Source of the DNA: Acanthaster planci
Taxonomy: Eukaryota
NCBI RefSeq assembly: GCF_001949145.1
Contig: NW_019091356.1
Coordinates: forward strand, 398,938-462,937
Direction of reading: 5' to 3'
DNA length: 64,000 bases
The notes below the pieces were generated by a model. That model searched no databases and was not told the origin of the DNA. It saw nothing but the letters and a program-made list of their open reading frames with translations. Numbering within the stretch: the first letter of the stretch is position 1; the number at the start of each line of letters is the position of its first letter. Below are positions 1-12,100 of the stretch, one piece after another. The position numbers were made by a program, and so were the translations under genes.

Positions 1-3000
1 AGTTGGTATGGAGGAGTCCTCTGCCAAGACTACATGGTACAATCTACAGCCAGTGTTACCACAACTGAAGGTTTTCCAACCACTTTGAATTTGACCACTG
101 AACACGTTATAACCTCAACTAGTCCAATGTCTTTGAAAACGGTGAGTGCCCCTGGAACAACTATGGACACCAGTGCAAAATCACCCGCAGCTACTATGAG
201 TCTGGATTTGACAACATCACATGAGGCATCCACTGTGCGCTCAAGTCCCAGTTCAACTACGGCTTCCCCTGTTGGTCTTTATAGTACAACGGAGAATCTG
301 CTTGAAGCCACCCCTTCAACTTTCCTTCCATTCACCACGGAAATTGACGCTCTTACAGATACAACCCCAGACATTAGATCAACAACCCAGGAACAAGTCG
401 AGACGCTGCAGACAACCTCACAGTCAGCTACCTTCGACTTCACAACAGACAACGCGGAGATATCGGCATCTCTTGGGGGCCATACGTATTTGACCCGCCT
501 TCAATTTTCCACAGATGAACCGTCTAATGGCGTCACAACGGTTGTTCATCCACTCCGGACGGAACAAGAGTTAGCAACAACAGTGCCTGTATTCAGGCCG
601 ACGACCCGGAAACATACTACGTCATTAGAGACAACCGTCCAACCAAGCACAACTGTCGCCAATGTTGTTGGAACAGAATCAGCGACTCTACTTGAAGATC
701 AAACGCAATCAACAATCTCTAGCTCGGCAGCTTTTACAACACACAGAACAACTGATGCAAGTAGATCGGCGACAGAACCGGTTATTTCTCCTACAACCGC
801 TTCAGAGGCGTGCGGAAGTCAGCCGTGTCAAAATGGCGGCGTGTGTAGTGATGTGTTTGAAGGGTACGAATGCAGCTGTCCACTTGGATTCGTCGGAGCT
901 GACTGTGAACTGATAGACCTATGCATTCCATCACCATGTTATAACGGTGCCAAGTGTTCCATGAATTCCCACCAAAACTTCACCTGCACATGCGCTCGGG
1001 GATACAACGGCGCCCTCTGCGCCGACGACATTGACGAATGCGAGGAGGAGGGGGATTGCCCAGATAGAAGTGAGTGTGTGAACAGTATTGGGAGCTACAC
1101 GTGCGTTTGTATCCAAGGGTTCAAAGGTCAAGAGTGTTCTGAAAGGGATTTCTGCGCTGATGGACCCTGCCTCAATAATGCTACGTGTGTCTCGGTAGTG
1201 GAAAAGTTCAGGTAAAATGTGAAATCATTATTATGAATGACGTCATCTTGATGATCTTTTTCACCCTAAAAATCAAGGGCGGATCTAGAACTAGATTTTC
1301 CGGGGATAGGGGGCTGAACTCGTATGGGGGACAAAAAAGTGGAAATTTTTTCATGTAACCTTATATATCCTTCGTAATGTTGAGCCTACATTTGGGGGCT
1401 TTCTATATGCTTTTAACAGAAATTAAAAAAAAAACATTTCTCTCAATTTTCACACACAGAAAAGGCTTATTTGGGGGCATGGCCCTCGTTGACCCCTGGA
1501 GTCGGTCTAGTCGAAAATCTATTGTCATCATAATAGTATGATGCTGCCTCTTGTCATTAGAATTGGCATCATAAGTGTTGACCTCAATTCAGTCTTCAAG
1601 GTCATTATGTTCACCATCACCAGAGTCGTTATCACATCACCACCATGTTTGATTTCATCACCATCCCCATAAGGCATTTTACGTATTCTCTGTCTGATTC
1701 TTTTTAACGAAAGCTGCGAGTGCAAGGGAGGTTACACTGGGACTCGATGTGAGACAATAATTGAAAGTCCGTGCCAACCATCACCGTGTCTCAACGGCGG
1801 AGAGTGTATGTTTGGACAGGGAGATGGGCAGCCTCAATGTCTGTGCGGTCAACAGTTTCTGGGGGAAAATTGTGAAATTGGTAAGATGATCTTGTATTGC
1901 GCCTAACCAGCTAGATTCTGTTGTTGCCTTTCTAGCTGCTGTGTACTGAAACATCAAGAGTCTGAATTACCCTGTGTTGCATTAAAACCATACACACGCC
2001 CCTTTTTGTCACAAAAGCCAACTTAAGTGCAACCAGCAATGATTTGATACTTTTGTATAGTACGTACTATAAAATACATGTAGCAAAAAATTCCCTCAGG
2101 TAAACAAATTGTAAAAGGCATGGAGAAGACCAGCAATTTTCACTGAAGTTACACGATGTCATTTCCAATGAAGACACAGATATTTTCTCCTGTAAAATGT
2201 ACGTTGAGGGTGCCAGCGTGGATACAGAAACCTTCAAGACTGATACTGCAAACTTGATTAAAAGTACAATGGCTGACAATGCTGGCTCATATTCGACGGT
2301 GGAGGTCGTTCTTGTGTCCACCGCAGACTACGAATCCGCTGAAACCGGGTGAGTTAAACATGAAAAAACCTATTCACTGGGTACTGAAACCTTTGGATTG
2401 AAAGCTGCAAACAACCATTGTTGCTCTAACTATACTAAGTCGGACGTAAACTGTCATTTGGACTTCGCCGAGACCATACATATTCCTCATTCTGCTCCTC
2501 AATATATTTTGTGAAAGATTTCGGCACGGTCAAGTCATCGCTCCCTGATATTGTTTTTTGCAATGTTTGCACAGGTAATACGCCACAGGACTTGCTAAAA
2601 TTTAGGAGCATATCTCCCTTCGGTATGCTTGTTACATTTCCCACAATGTCTTGCGGCCTTGGACCGAATTCTGTGAAATATTTTCCTTTTACCAGGGAGC
2701 CAATCACGCTGGTTACCTATCTTGTCTTGGTGAATGGCACGGCATTGACGCCGGCTGAGGTCACTGACCTGATGGAGGGGACGAGCGATGACGTAATGGA
2801 TGACATCGTTTCCTACAAGCCATTTAAAGGAAATGTCTCGGCTAGATCAGAAATGGTAAGGTACACAGAGGGGCGCTGAGGGAAACTTTATTTCTTTTTA
2901 TCTATATCTTAGTTGCCGAGTTTGATTTTTTTAAATGAATGAAGGCCTAATCTATGCATTGCAGTTTTGAAACTTACTTATCCCCAAACGCATGGATTTT

Positions 3001-3909
3001 TCTCAAATGTTATTTCAGACATGGGCACAACAATACTGGTATGTCATTCTACTTAGTACAACTGGTGCAGCAACGATCGTGCTTTTGATAAGCTGTCTGT
3101 TGTCCAGAGCATACAAGTAAGTGATCTGTATGGTAAACTAAGCCAAATAGACGCTGTTAACTGCAGTGGCATAGCACCCACACTCACATTCTTCAGCTTG
3201 GCGCGCGCGTGCATTTGGCATGTCACCACACCCGATTGGTCGAAGATGCGTGTAACGCGCGCGTACCACCTGTCCGCGAAGGTTATGCTACTGCAATAAT
3301 GGCTTCTTATTCTAGTTATGGAATTACGTTATCGTCTGTTTAATTCAATGAAGATTGTTACTGCTCTCAATGGACACTGCACTTCCGACATTTTGCGAAC
3401 TATGATATAAAATTGTGACCTGTTACCACAAAATGAGCTGAAAGTCGAAATTGGTGTTATTGAATTCAGCAGAAAGGGAGCTTTCAAATGGTATGTACCT
3501 GGAACACTTACGGTAAAAGTATAAGTTGACAATGTGGCATTATTCTGGCAGCTTTGTGTCTTTGTTCCTGACATTGTTTCAACATTTCAGACAAGGCACA
3601 AATAATGCTATCATCCAAATTGCTAAAAAAATGACATTTTACAATATGTGATTCTGCGAAATATTTGGAATAAAATAGGAGGTGGGCTACTCTCTCCGTT
3701 GGCATTCCCTTATTGCAATGCATTATGTACTTTTATTCCTATTTCATTTTATCTAAGATTTGTTTGCGATTGTATACAGGGCAAAGAAGCAAAAACAAAA
3801 AGTTCACAGCGTGGATGAGTGTGACGCTAGTAAAGAAGTCATGTCGGTACAGGCAGAAGTTTATTTGGCTTCTCATCTGGACGGTAACGTTGAGCAATCG
3901 ACTGTCTAG
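1..3909 (+). CDS. Single-pass membrane protein with Ser/Thr-rich mucin-like region, 5 EGF-like repeats (one calcium-binding type), SEA-like juxtamembrane domain, TM helix and PDZ-binding tail; 5'-partial
   Basis: Exons <1-1211, 1714-1880, 2180-2348, 2696-2855, 3019-3116, 3780-3909; all GT-AG, phases consistent, 1935 nt. Frame is open from base 1 (SWYGGVLCQD, end of an upstream EGF). EGF motifs CGSQPCQNGGVC, CIPSPCYNGAKC, DIDECEEEGDC, CADGPCLNNATC, CQPSPCLNGGEC. TM WYVILLSTTGAATIVLLISCLL followed by basic RAYKAKKQK; ends QSTV-TAG. AATAAA at 4073-4078. The acceptor at 2179 has a weak pyrimidine tract. Confidence 0.88.
1275..1510. mobile_element. Probable degenerate MITE (GGCGGATCTAG...CCCCTGGAGTCGG type ends)
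   Basis: Left end AGGGCGGATCTAG and right end CCCCTGGAGTCGGTCT are imperfectly inverted, with G-runs inside. A similar left end AGGGGCGGATCT occurs at 34081. Confidence 0.4.
3164..3293. mobile_element. Short MITE-like element with CAGTGGCATAGC / GTTATGCTACTG terminal inverted repeats
   Basis: 10/12 inverted match (extends to TGCAG/CTGCA), CpG-rich interior (GCGCGCGC twice) inside an AT-rich intron; no clear TSD. Confidence 0.5.
3462..3682 (+). repeat. Dispersed repeat copy A (~220 bp), similar to 22471-22695
   Basis: Collinear match by eye: GAATTCAGCAGAAAG..TGGTATGTAC..TGACAATGTG..CATTATTCTGGCAG..TTGTTTCAACATTTC..AGGCACAAATAAT..AATATGTGAT. Confidence 0.8.
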
Positions 3910-4773
3910 ACAACTTATCAAATATTTGGAAGAATGCCCTTGTATGTTTTCTTGGCAACCTGGCAACGATTAAATCCATCATGTTTCCTGCAAAAAGTGG
4001 TGCCATGAAATTCTTGGATATTTAAGGAGATTTTGGAATCAACCCCATAAAGTTTTCCTTCTCGGTTCCGAGAATAAACAATGACACCTGTCCACTGTAT
4101 AAAAATAACAGGGTTCTTTACTTTCTCAATTTTGGAAGATTTTTACCAAAGTGTATGGTGAAATTTGGTTTCAGAGTAGTCTATTTCGAGTCACGAGACC
4201 TTTATCTTTCAAACTCGCATTTTTAGTAGTTTTCAGTATTACGTTTCTTAATATGCCCCTTAGCCTAGATCACAAACATATTACTACAGGAACAAAAATA
4301 AAGGAAGAGATTGAGTAATTTTTTTATCGAAAGAAATCATTTGCATAAGCAGGTCACTAATCCAAAATACATATACTTCCTTTTGTTGCATTATTGTAAA
4401 TTTCGAAAGTTTGATTGTGAGGTTAGGAAATACCGTCATTATTTCGCATTCATCTTTATGGCTTCCACACATTTTAGGCAAAAGTTAATTGTTTATGGAT
4501 TTTATTCTTTATCATACTTTGACAACATTGGAATGAACTTTGTTTGTGGTAAAAGATCAGTCTCGTTATTCAAAAAATGAACAGACGAAATGCGTGCAAA
4601 TTAAAACTCAGCAAGTATTAGTTACCCATGTATTGGAATTTTAAAATGTGTATCTAAGCCCTCTCTCTCATTTTAAATGCCAGTTGTCATCTTTATTCAG
4701 CATTCAGTTGTGAATAATTTTCCTGAGAATCTTGAAGCAGGACCTCTAGTAATCCACACGAATGCCAGGCGGC

Positions 4774-6051
4774 TTACCGAGCAAAAGCATCCTTGGTATC
4801 AAGTTCATCCTCAGTTCCTCGAAGATAAGAACACTTGGACAAGTTCTTAGTGAGTTCCTCGACATTAATCGTCGTTTTTTCTCTCCATTTGTGGTATTTT
4901 ATCGGTGATACAAAGGCAAAGGCCATGGAATTGGACCGGGTCCTAGGTAATTCGGAGTCGAGTGAGGAACGGTCCGTCTCCACTGTCTGGCTGGTCTCAT
5001 CAGGAGAAGATTCACTCATCAGGCTTGGTCTTTTTCGCATGTTAGACTCCAGCCAGGCAGATTTCCTTGGTCGTAGGCGGAGAACCCGCCCTCCAGGAAC
5101 GTCTGGCTGCATATCCAAGGCAGCCGCAGCAGGCCTTGTTTTCTGATGCAGAGCATGTTTAGGCGGGAGCGACTTAATAAACAGGTCAGAGATCCTTACC
5201 GAAGGCGACCTGGATGCCAGTTCGTTCCGCTCTTGAGTTTTCATGGAAATGACACCTAGTGCTGCTATTTTGAAAGATGGCTTCCTTGGAGATGAACTTG
5301 TACGTTTACTAAAACGATAATCATCACTTTGTCTAGAAATCTCCCTGCTTTTGGTGTCTTTTGTTCCAGGACTTGGGTCTTCTTGACGAAGAGCGCCTCC
5401 TGACACGGTGACTGGTCTTGACTCTCTGTCATTTCGCTTCAGTATACCTGTTGGGACACTGAGGGTCATCTCTGCAAGTTGTTGGTACTCCTGAACAGTC
5501 TTAGGCTGCACCAGGTAGTCCACTTCATCCTCGGATAGGTGCTTGAGCTGTGGGATAGTCCGTGGGGATCGCTCAGGGACGCTCAGCTTCAGGTGCTCAG
5601 GAGATGCCACCACTATAGCGTTCCGACGAGACGAGTTGGATGGTAGCATTCCGTTTCTGCTCCTAGGCTTAGATAGCTCTGAGAGTCTCTCTGCCGAGAG
5701 AGATACTTGGCGGGGATTTGTCTTGAGCGGACGGCGCTGGTGCTTGGAGGAATCTACTGTCTTCTCCTCGTCATCGTCCGATTTCGTATCACTTTGCAGT
5801 TTGACTGTGTTCTTCTTCAGTAGTTCCCCTGGTACATCAGCCGCGTCGTTACTATCCGACACAGCCTTACGGAAGTCGTAGGCCTGGCGCAAGGCCTGCA
5901 TCTTCTCCTCCAAGCGAGCCTTTTCTCGTTGAATCAATTCCTGGGCGAAGGCACGATCCAAGAAACGGACCCGTTTTCTGGTCTGGCGGCCCTGGTTTGA
6001 TGTGCAGAGAAGACTACCGGCTGAATTGGCCATCCGTTGCTGTGGAATCAT
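4774..6051 (-). CDS. Uncharacterised intronless protein, ~425 aa: N-terminal coiled coil, long S/R/P-rich disordered region, C-terminal LSKCSYLR motif
   Basis: 1.3-kb GC-richer ORF in AT-rich surroundings. The ORF track starts at TTG 6081; the first in-frame ATG is 6051 (GCCATG context), alternative 6033. AATAAA on the minus strand at 4692-4697. Confidence 0.8.
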   Translation of the reverse strand: MIPQQRMANSAGSLLCTSNQGRQTRKRVRFLDRAFAQELIQREKARLEEKMQALRQAYDFRKAVSDSNDAADVPGELLKKNTVKLQSDTKSDDDEEKTVDSSKHQRRPLKTNPRQVSLSAERLSELSKPRSRNGMLPSNSSRRNAIVVASPEHLKLSVPERSPRTIPQLKHLSEDEVDYLVQPKTVQEYQQLAEMTLSVPTGILKRNDRESRPVTVSGGALRQEDPSPGTKDTKSREISRQSDDYRFSKRTSSSPRKPSFKIAALGVISMKTQERNELASRSPSVRISDLFIKSLPPKHALHQKTRPAAAALDMQPDVPGGRVLRLRPRKSAWLESNMRKRPSLMSESSPDETSQTVETDRSSLDSELPRTRSNSMAFAFVSPIKYHKWREKTTINVEELTKNLSKCSYLRGTEDELDTKDAFAR

Positions 6052-9000
6052 GGCGATGAAGTCAGGCCTAAGATCGTCCAAAATTACCTAAATCTTTCTC
6101 ATCTCAGTCGCCCGGCTCAGCATTCACCGTTTCTCTACTCATTGGAAACTAGTCGTTTATTAACTTACAACGTTTCAATTGGGTTACATTTCCGTTGGCG
6201 TCCGCTAGCTGTCGTGGCTACAATTCGTTACCGTCATCGTGTCAACAAACTGACAGGCTTCCATCACCAAGTACTGGCCAGCGTCCCAAATAGTCTGGTG
6301 TAAACACTCTATGGACCCCAAATTCTACTCCTCAAATTACCAGCTAATGATAACAACCTTTGTACACCCTGAAGAGAAAACCGTTCCCGTCAAAAACAAA
6401 CCTAGATCTTTAAGATTATCGATTTCTGGTCGTGACCAGGGTTATGAATGTCTGGGCTGAATACTCTGAAGCCCGCAACGAGGAACACCAAGTAAACACA
6501 GTTCTTCAAGAGGGCGCTGTGTTTGTTTGGGAAATGAAGACTGTTTTATACATAGGCAAACACCACCGGGTATATAAAGCAGACGGGTAAGTAATACTAT
6601 TATGCCTGGTTGGTTCTGAGAGAGTAAATAACAAGTTCGACAAGTACACTTTCCATTGTTGCTTTTGTTTGCCCTCGGACTGTGGGGCAACTAAACGGTC
6701 TCATTTTCATCCAGAGATCGGATCCAATGACAAAGTTTTTATTTTCAGTCTTCCACAGCAGTTCCGATTTGCTTTTATCTTAATCTTCTGAATAGACTGA
6801 ATCTGGTCCAAGGATGCCGAAAACAAATCGATTAATTCTAACCATTTTTCTCTTAAAGCCACTTTATGTAAAAGTGTTCCCATTAAGTCATGGCTTGGAA
6901 CTTGTGATATGCAAAGATTTAACATTGGCCAAACCCACGTCCGAATGGACCTACCTGTATTTCTAATAAGGTGATTGCATCGACAGGTAGTTGTTTTTGA
7001 ATACAAATGATTCTAATTTAAGAACTGAAGTGCAGGATCTGATCTGCTGAAAGCATTTGAAGCCACGTGCAAATCCACTGGCTACGACTAGGAGTAACGC
7101 AGGAGTCTACGACAACCACCTGTTAGCCAGAAGGCTCAAACGTGTTTGTATTATTACCGACTCCTTTCAAGGATGTCTATGCCATCCTCATTTCTAACTG
7201 TTCCGATGAACTGATAATTTTCAAGTTTCCGTGTTACATCAGTAGTATTGAACGTATAATTAACAGGAAAAAAATCAACAGCTCCAGTCAAGCAAGGAAA
7301 AGTAATGTAAAATTCATAAAATAATAAATTCTGTTTATTCTGTTAGTTTTAAGTGAAAGAAAATTATCCAATGACCCTTACACAAAATTCTGTGGTCCAA
7401 AAGATTTCACCACAGTTGAATAATATTGGTTGCCTGTCAGAAACGAGTTTGGTAGCTACGCCTATCAGAGTTATTCCTATTGATCAAAAATAGTACATGT
7501 ACTAGGAAACTCCCTATAGTTTAGGTTTCATACATAATAAATATCTATTTTATAGACATTATTCCGTGTCAAGAATGTAAAAATGGGCCAAAATGATAGA
7601 ATATAAAAATTTAAAGAAACATTACTTTAATTTCACAATGAGTATCATGCCATACACTTATTTCAATAAAAGATCCATTTTATAACACACAGCTAAGATG
7701 ACAATATATCTTACACGTAATGATCGGTGCCATGATCGCCTTGACATCGTTTATAATTTATCAACAATGTTAGTATATAACATTACACTACATATAACAG
7801 GTGTAAATATTTTCTCTCAGATTAGTTTGGATGTACTTGACAAAGAATGAAATAAGAGAATCATAAGCCAAGTACACTGTTAAGATCAAAAGGATACCTG
7901 TATCTACATGAAGTAAGATCAAACTGGCACTGAAATCAGCTAAAAAGCTGAATTCTCACACCCCGTAAATGGGTTTATTTAAATGAACAAATTAAAACAC
8001 AACTCTTGGTCGAAACTTGGGTCTGATGTGTACTGTAATTCAAATATTGTCTTAAAGTGCTTTTCAATGCCTTTAATGTTTTACTTGTATGACTCGGAAT
8101 AATGTTACTAGACTTGTGAAAAATGTAAATCAAAAATACAAACAGAAGTAGGACCAAAAGTATAAAGGAACACTACAAAACGATTAAGAGGAAGATAAAC
8201 ATACTTTAGTCAGGAATAATTCAGACTGCTTTAATTCAAAGGAAATATTTCAACTGAACTCACACGATTTGGATATTCAATGGGCACCAGTCAACCATTT
8301 TTATATTGCTCAGCACTTTGCTATTACATTAAGCTTAAGGCTGGAATTCACTGCGACTTAAACAAGAGTTTTGATTGGTTATAAGTACAGTAATGATCTC
8401 ACCCATCGCACTATGACTGGATTAAACTAATGCAAATTTCCAAATTCATAAGCACAGTTATGTGCAACAAATGTCAACATCATCCAACACATCAACATGA
8501 AGTCAAATATTTATACACTTATATTCACAGTAGATATGTCACAAACATCCAAATCATTCAGTAATTTGCTCACATTGACGAAGCATGTCCCACTTAATAC
8601 GTGATTTTCTCTCAAGTCAAAGCCTTAATGGATCTTCAAACAAATCACACAAGTTTGTTTTCTGAACTGCACCATGTATCTTTTTTGTACTTTACCAATA
8701 CACACTAAAAACGCTATATGAATATCGGCAAAATCAAGCATCAACCAATCAACCAGGATGAATGCATCCAAATAACTTGGCATGCACATTATTTTTTTGC
8801 TAGCCTTAAATTTAAAAAGAATTACACTCAAACAAATAAACAAATCTGAAGTACAAAATAACCATATTCTACTTTCAAGTAGATAATCCAAGTATGTAAA
8901 ATGTATCATTTGCACACTTCATTAGAAGGATTTACTGGACACAGAGATAAGGTGGCAACTGGATGTGAACCTCTGAACCTCAAGCTGCAAGTCAGAGGCA

Positions 9001-9179
9001 CCAAGTACTTGATCATCCCCGTTTGTGTCTGTCAAGGTGCATGCATTTGATTTTTAATGAAAAGATGTAAAGTGAATTCTGTAGCAAGTCGACACATTAC
9101 TTACCGAGTATGATCAAATTCATGGTGAAATAATTTGATAAATTATGTATTTTACATGAATGTTGTTCTCTGGCCCATC

Positions 9180-12100
9180 TTAAAGATTGTAGAGTCTTTG
9201 AATGATCATCTTCAGGCTACGGTTAGGAGTCAGATTGGTATGTACCAACGGAGAGTTGGTCATAGGGCTGGTCTTGTTACCTCGAATCCAGGATTCAATA
9301 GATGACCTCTCATAGGAGAAACCATCTGAAACAGGAGGGGAATGATATGGTGAAGAGACAAACAATAAACAGAACGACAATACTAAAAAGATGTGTGTTT
9401 AGTAAGCAAACCATCACAAAATGTGGTTATGAAGATGCACTTTCCTTGTTACCCCTGAATAGGATTCCTGCAACTAAAGGACAATTAAATTCCATGACTT
9501 TTTCATGACCAAATTATGAAAATCCATGACCCAATAATGCAATTTCTTGGACTACATGTATTCAGACTTTTAATGTTGCAAATAAAATCACAAATTTGAG
9601 GCACTTATATCTGATAATAGAGATCACACACAATGTTTGAAAAATTCCATGACTTTTTCATGACTTTAATCATTTTTACAAAATTCATGACTTTTCTAGG
9701 CCACGGGAACCCTGCCTGAACCTCATACCTACGAGATATTTAGAAGATCATATCAGTTCCAAGGCAGTTTAATGTTGACTCAATATTGTGCAATAACAGA
9801 CTCTCAATAAACAATGGTGGGAAAACTTCCACTATTAAATTCTGCACTTTCATTTCATTATTCCCAACTTTTTACATTATTCTTGCTTTGACATCAAAAT
9901 CTGGCAACTTAGAATTTTACAGTTTTCAGTAACAATAACTTACCAGCAGCAATAACTGGATCTCTCATGAGCTCTCGTGTGATTGGGCAGAGATACTCAT
10001 CTGGTATGCCATCATCTATCATGCAAATACACGGAAAAACAACGTAACATTAAACATTACACTCAACGAAAGTTTTTGCGAAGCAAATATTCAATTCACA
10101 GAAAGCTTGACCATTTCAAATAGTTGCTTGACACAAACAATTGACATTTTATTCTGTAATCTCTCAATTAAACCGACAGTAAAATATTTAACTTAACTTA
10201 ATGTTAAAACACAAAACTGTACATTAACTGGTGAAGCTCAATGATTTTAACTCATTTTGGGTGTAAATGACAAGTGTGAGATGAAGACAAGATGCCACTG
10301 AATGAGTTGAACAAACTACATCTTACCTAAAATTATTCCACTGCTGCCTTTCTCTCGCATGATCTGAACCCCACGAAGAATCTTCTGTCTGTGTCCCAGT
10401 GCCTCTGTTGAGTCAAAATCAATTTCAAAGAAGTCATCCACTAACAAAATATTTGGATAGCAAACTGTAGTATAATTAGTTAATCAACCAATTAATTAAT
10501 TAATTCACAGGTACTACACAGTGATAGTGTATCAAACCAGTAAAAAGATAGACCACTAATCAATGTATTCCCAATTTATTCTGTTATAGAATGATAGGTG
10601 ACATCATGTGACGTCACATCTGACGTGACATCTTTATCTGATGTGACATCTATGACATGATTTACATGTTCTTTGGCATATGACATATTGTTCTTAGGCA
10701 TATGACATACTGTTCTTGGCATATGACATTGGTTTTTAGCATATGGCATACTGTTCTTGGCATATGACGTATCGTTCTTAGACATACGACATACTGTTCT
10801 TTGGCATATGACATAAAGTTTTTAGGCATTTGACATACTGTTATTTGGCATATGACATACCAGACATTGAATGGTTTGATATCTGACATCACATTTGAAG
10901 TTGCACTTACTGACTCCAAGGTCCTTGACAAGTGTATCTGTGTTCAGTGACTGAAGCTCTTGCCCGTCTATGCGGTTATCACGGAAACTCTGAACATACT
11001 CCTCCAAACCCTGGGCCTTTAGCCAATCACAGACGTCATCAATTGACCATTCAAGGAGTACATTCATTGAAGAAGCACCATCTGTACCTTGTAGAGTACC
11101 AGTAACCTGCTGGGCACCAGCTATGAAGAATGCAACCAAAAATATGAACAATTTAATCTACAACAGACATTTACACAGATACAACATTGCTATCTTATAA
11201 CAATTCACACTAGAGATGCAAAGATACACCTACAATGTTATGATTTCTGGTACATTCTCCATAAACAGCGCATAGGATCCAACCATGTGCTTTGGAGTGC
11301 CTCCATCAGCCTCCCTAAGCAACTCTCCTTCTACCTATAACAGGCAGACCACCATTTCCAAGACTCTAATAAGACCTTTCTATATCTAGTAGTACAACTA
11401 AGTGAGGACACTAGTTCATCTTACATGGAGCAGGTAGATTAGGAGCCTCCCCTTGGGCGTGTAGCAACCAAACTTTGACTGTCCTGTCATTGGAACCACT
11501 AGCAAGGTACCGTCCATCGGGAGAGAATGCTACAGTGGTGACATAACTGCAGAACAAAAGTGACTAGATTTTATTTTACACCTGAGAATCTGTTGGCTTG
11601 ACACTCTACACTCTGGGAACTTGAAGAATACTTTGTACATTCTACTGCATTGAAACTGGCTTGCAACAATCAATTATCAAATGCACAAAGACTCTCTCTA
11701 CGTTAAGATTTTCTGTTCACGAAATGCAGAAGTACTGATAAATTTAAACTGAATCCGAGTTAACTTTAACTACAGATTTATAACAATCTGTTGTGACAGA
11801 CTATCAACCAATGAATGCATCTAAACCATGTTAGGCATTAACGACTAACCATCTGACCAATAAGACTCACCGAGAGTGTTCTTCTAGTGTGTACAGCATA
11901 CTTCCTTCAATCTAACAGAACAGACATGTTGGTATCAAAGAACAATCTGTGACATCCTGATGCTCAATGGCAAGACAATATTACAAATGAAATGTAAACC
12001 AAGCTGAAACTGTTGAAATTAGGTTAAATTACATCATTCAAGTGTTACAATAAAAATTCCATGACTTGTGATTGATTAATTTGCCATGACAGGTATCACG

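Noticed and set aside
4835..5881. Plus-strand 103-aa and 112-aa ORFs
   Set aside because: Antisense shadows of the long minus-strand ORF.
10576..10931. Repetitive CHMP/SYAK ORFs
   Set aside because: Translations of the 21-22 bp intronic minisatellite.
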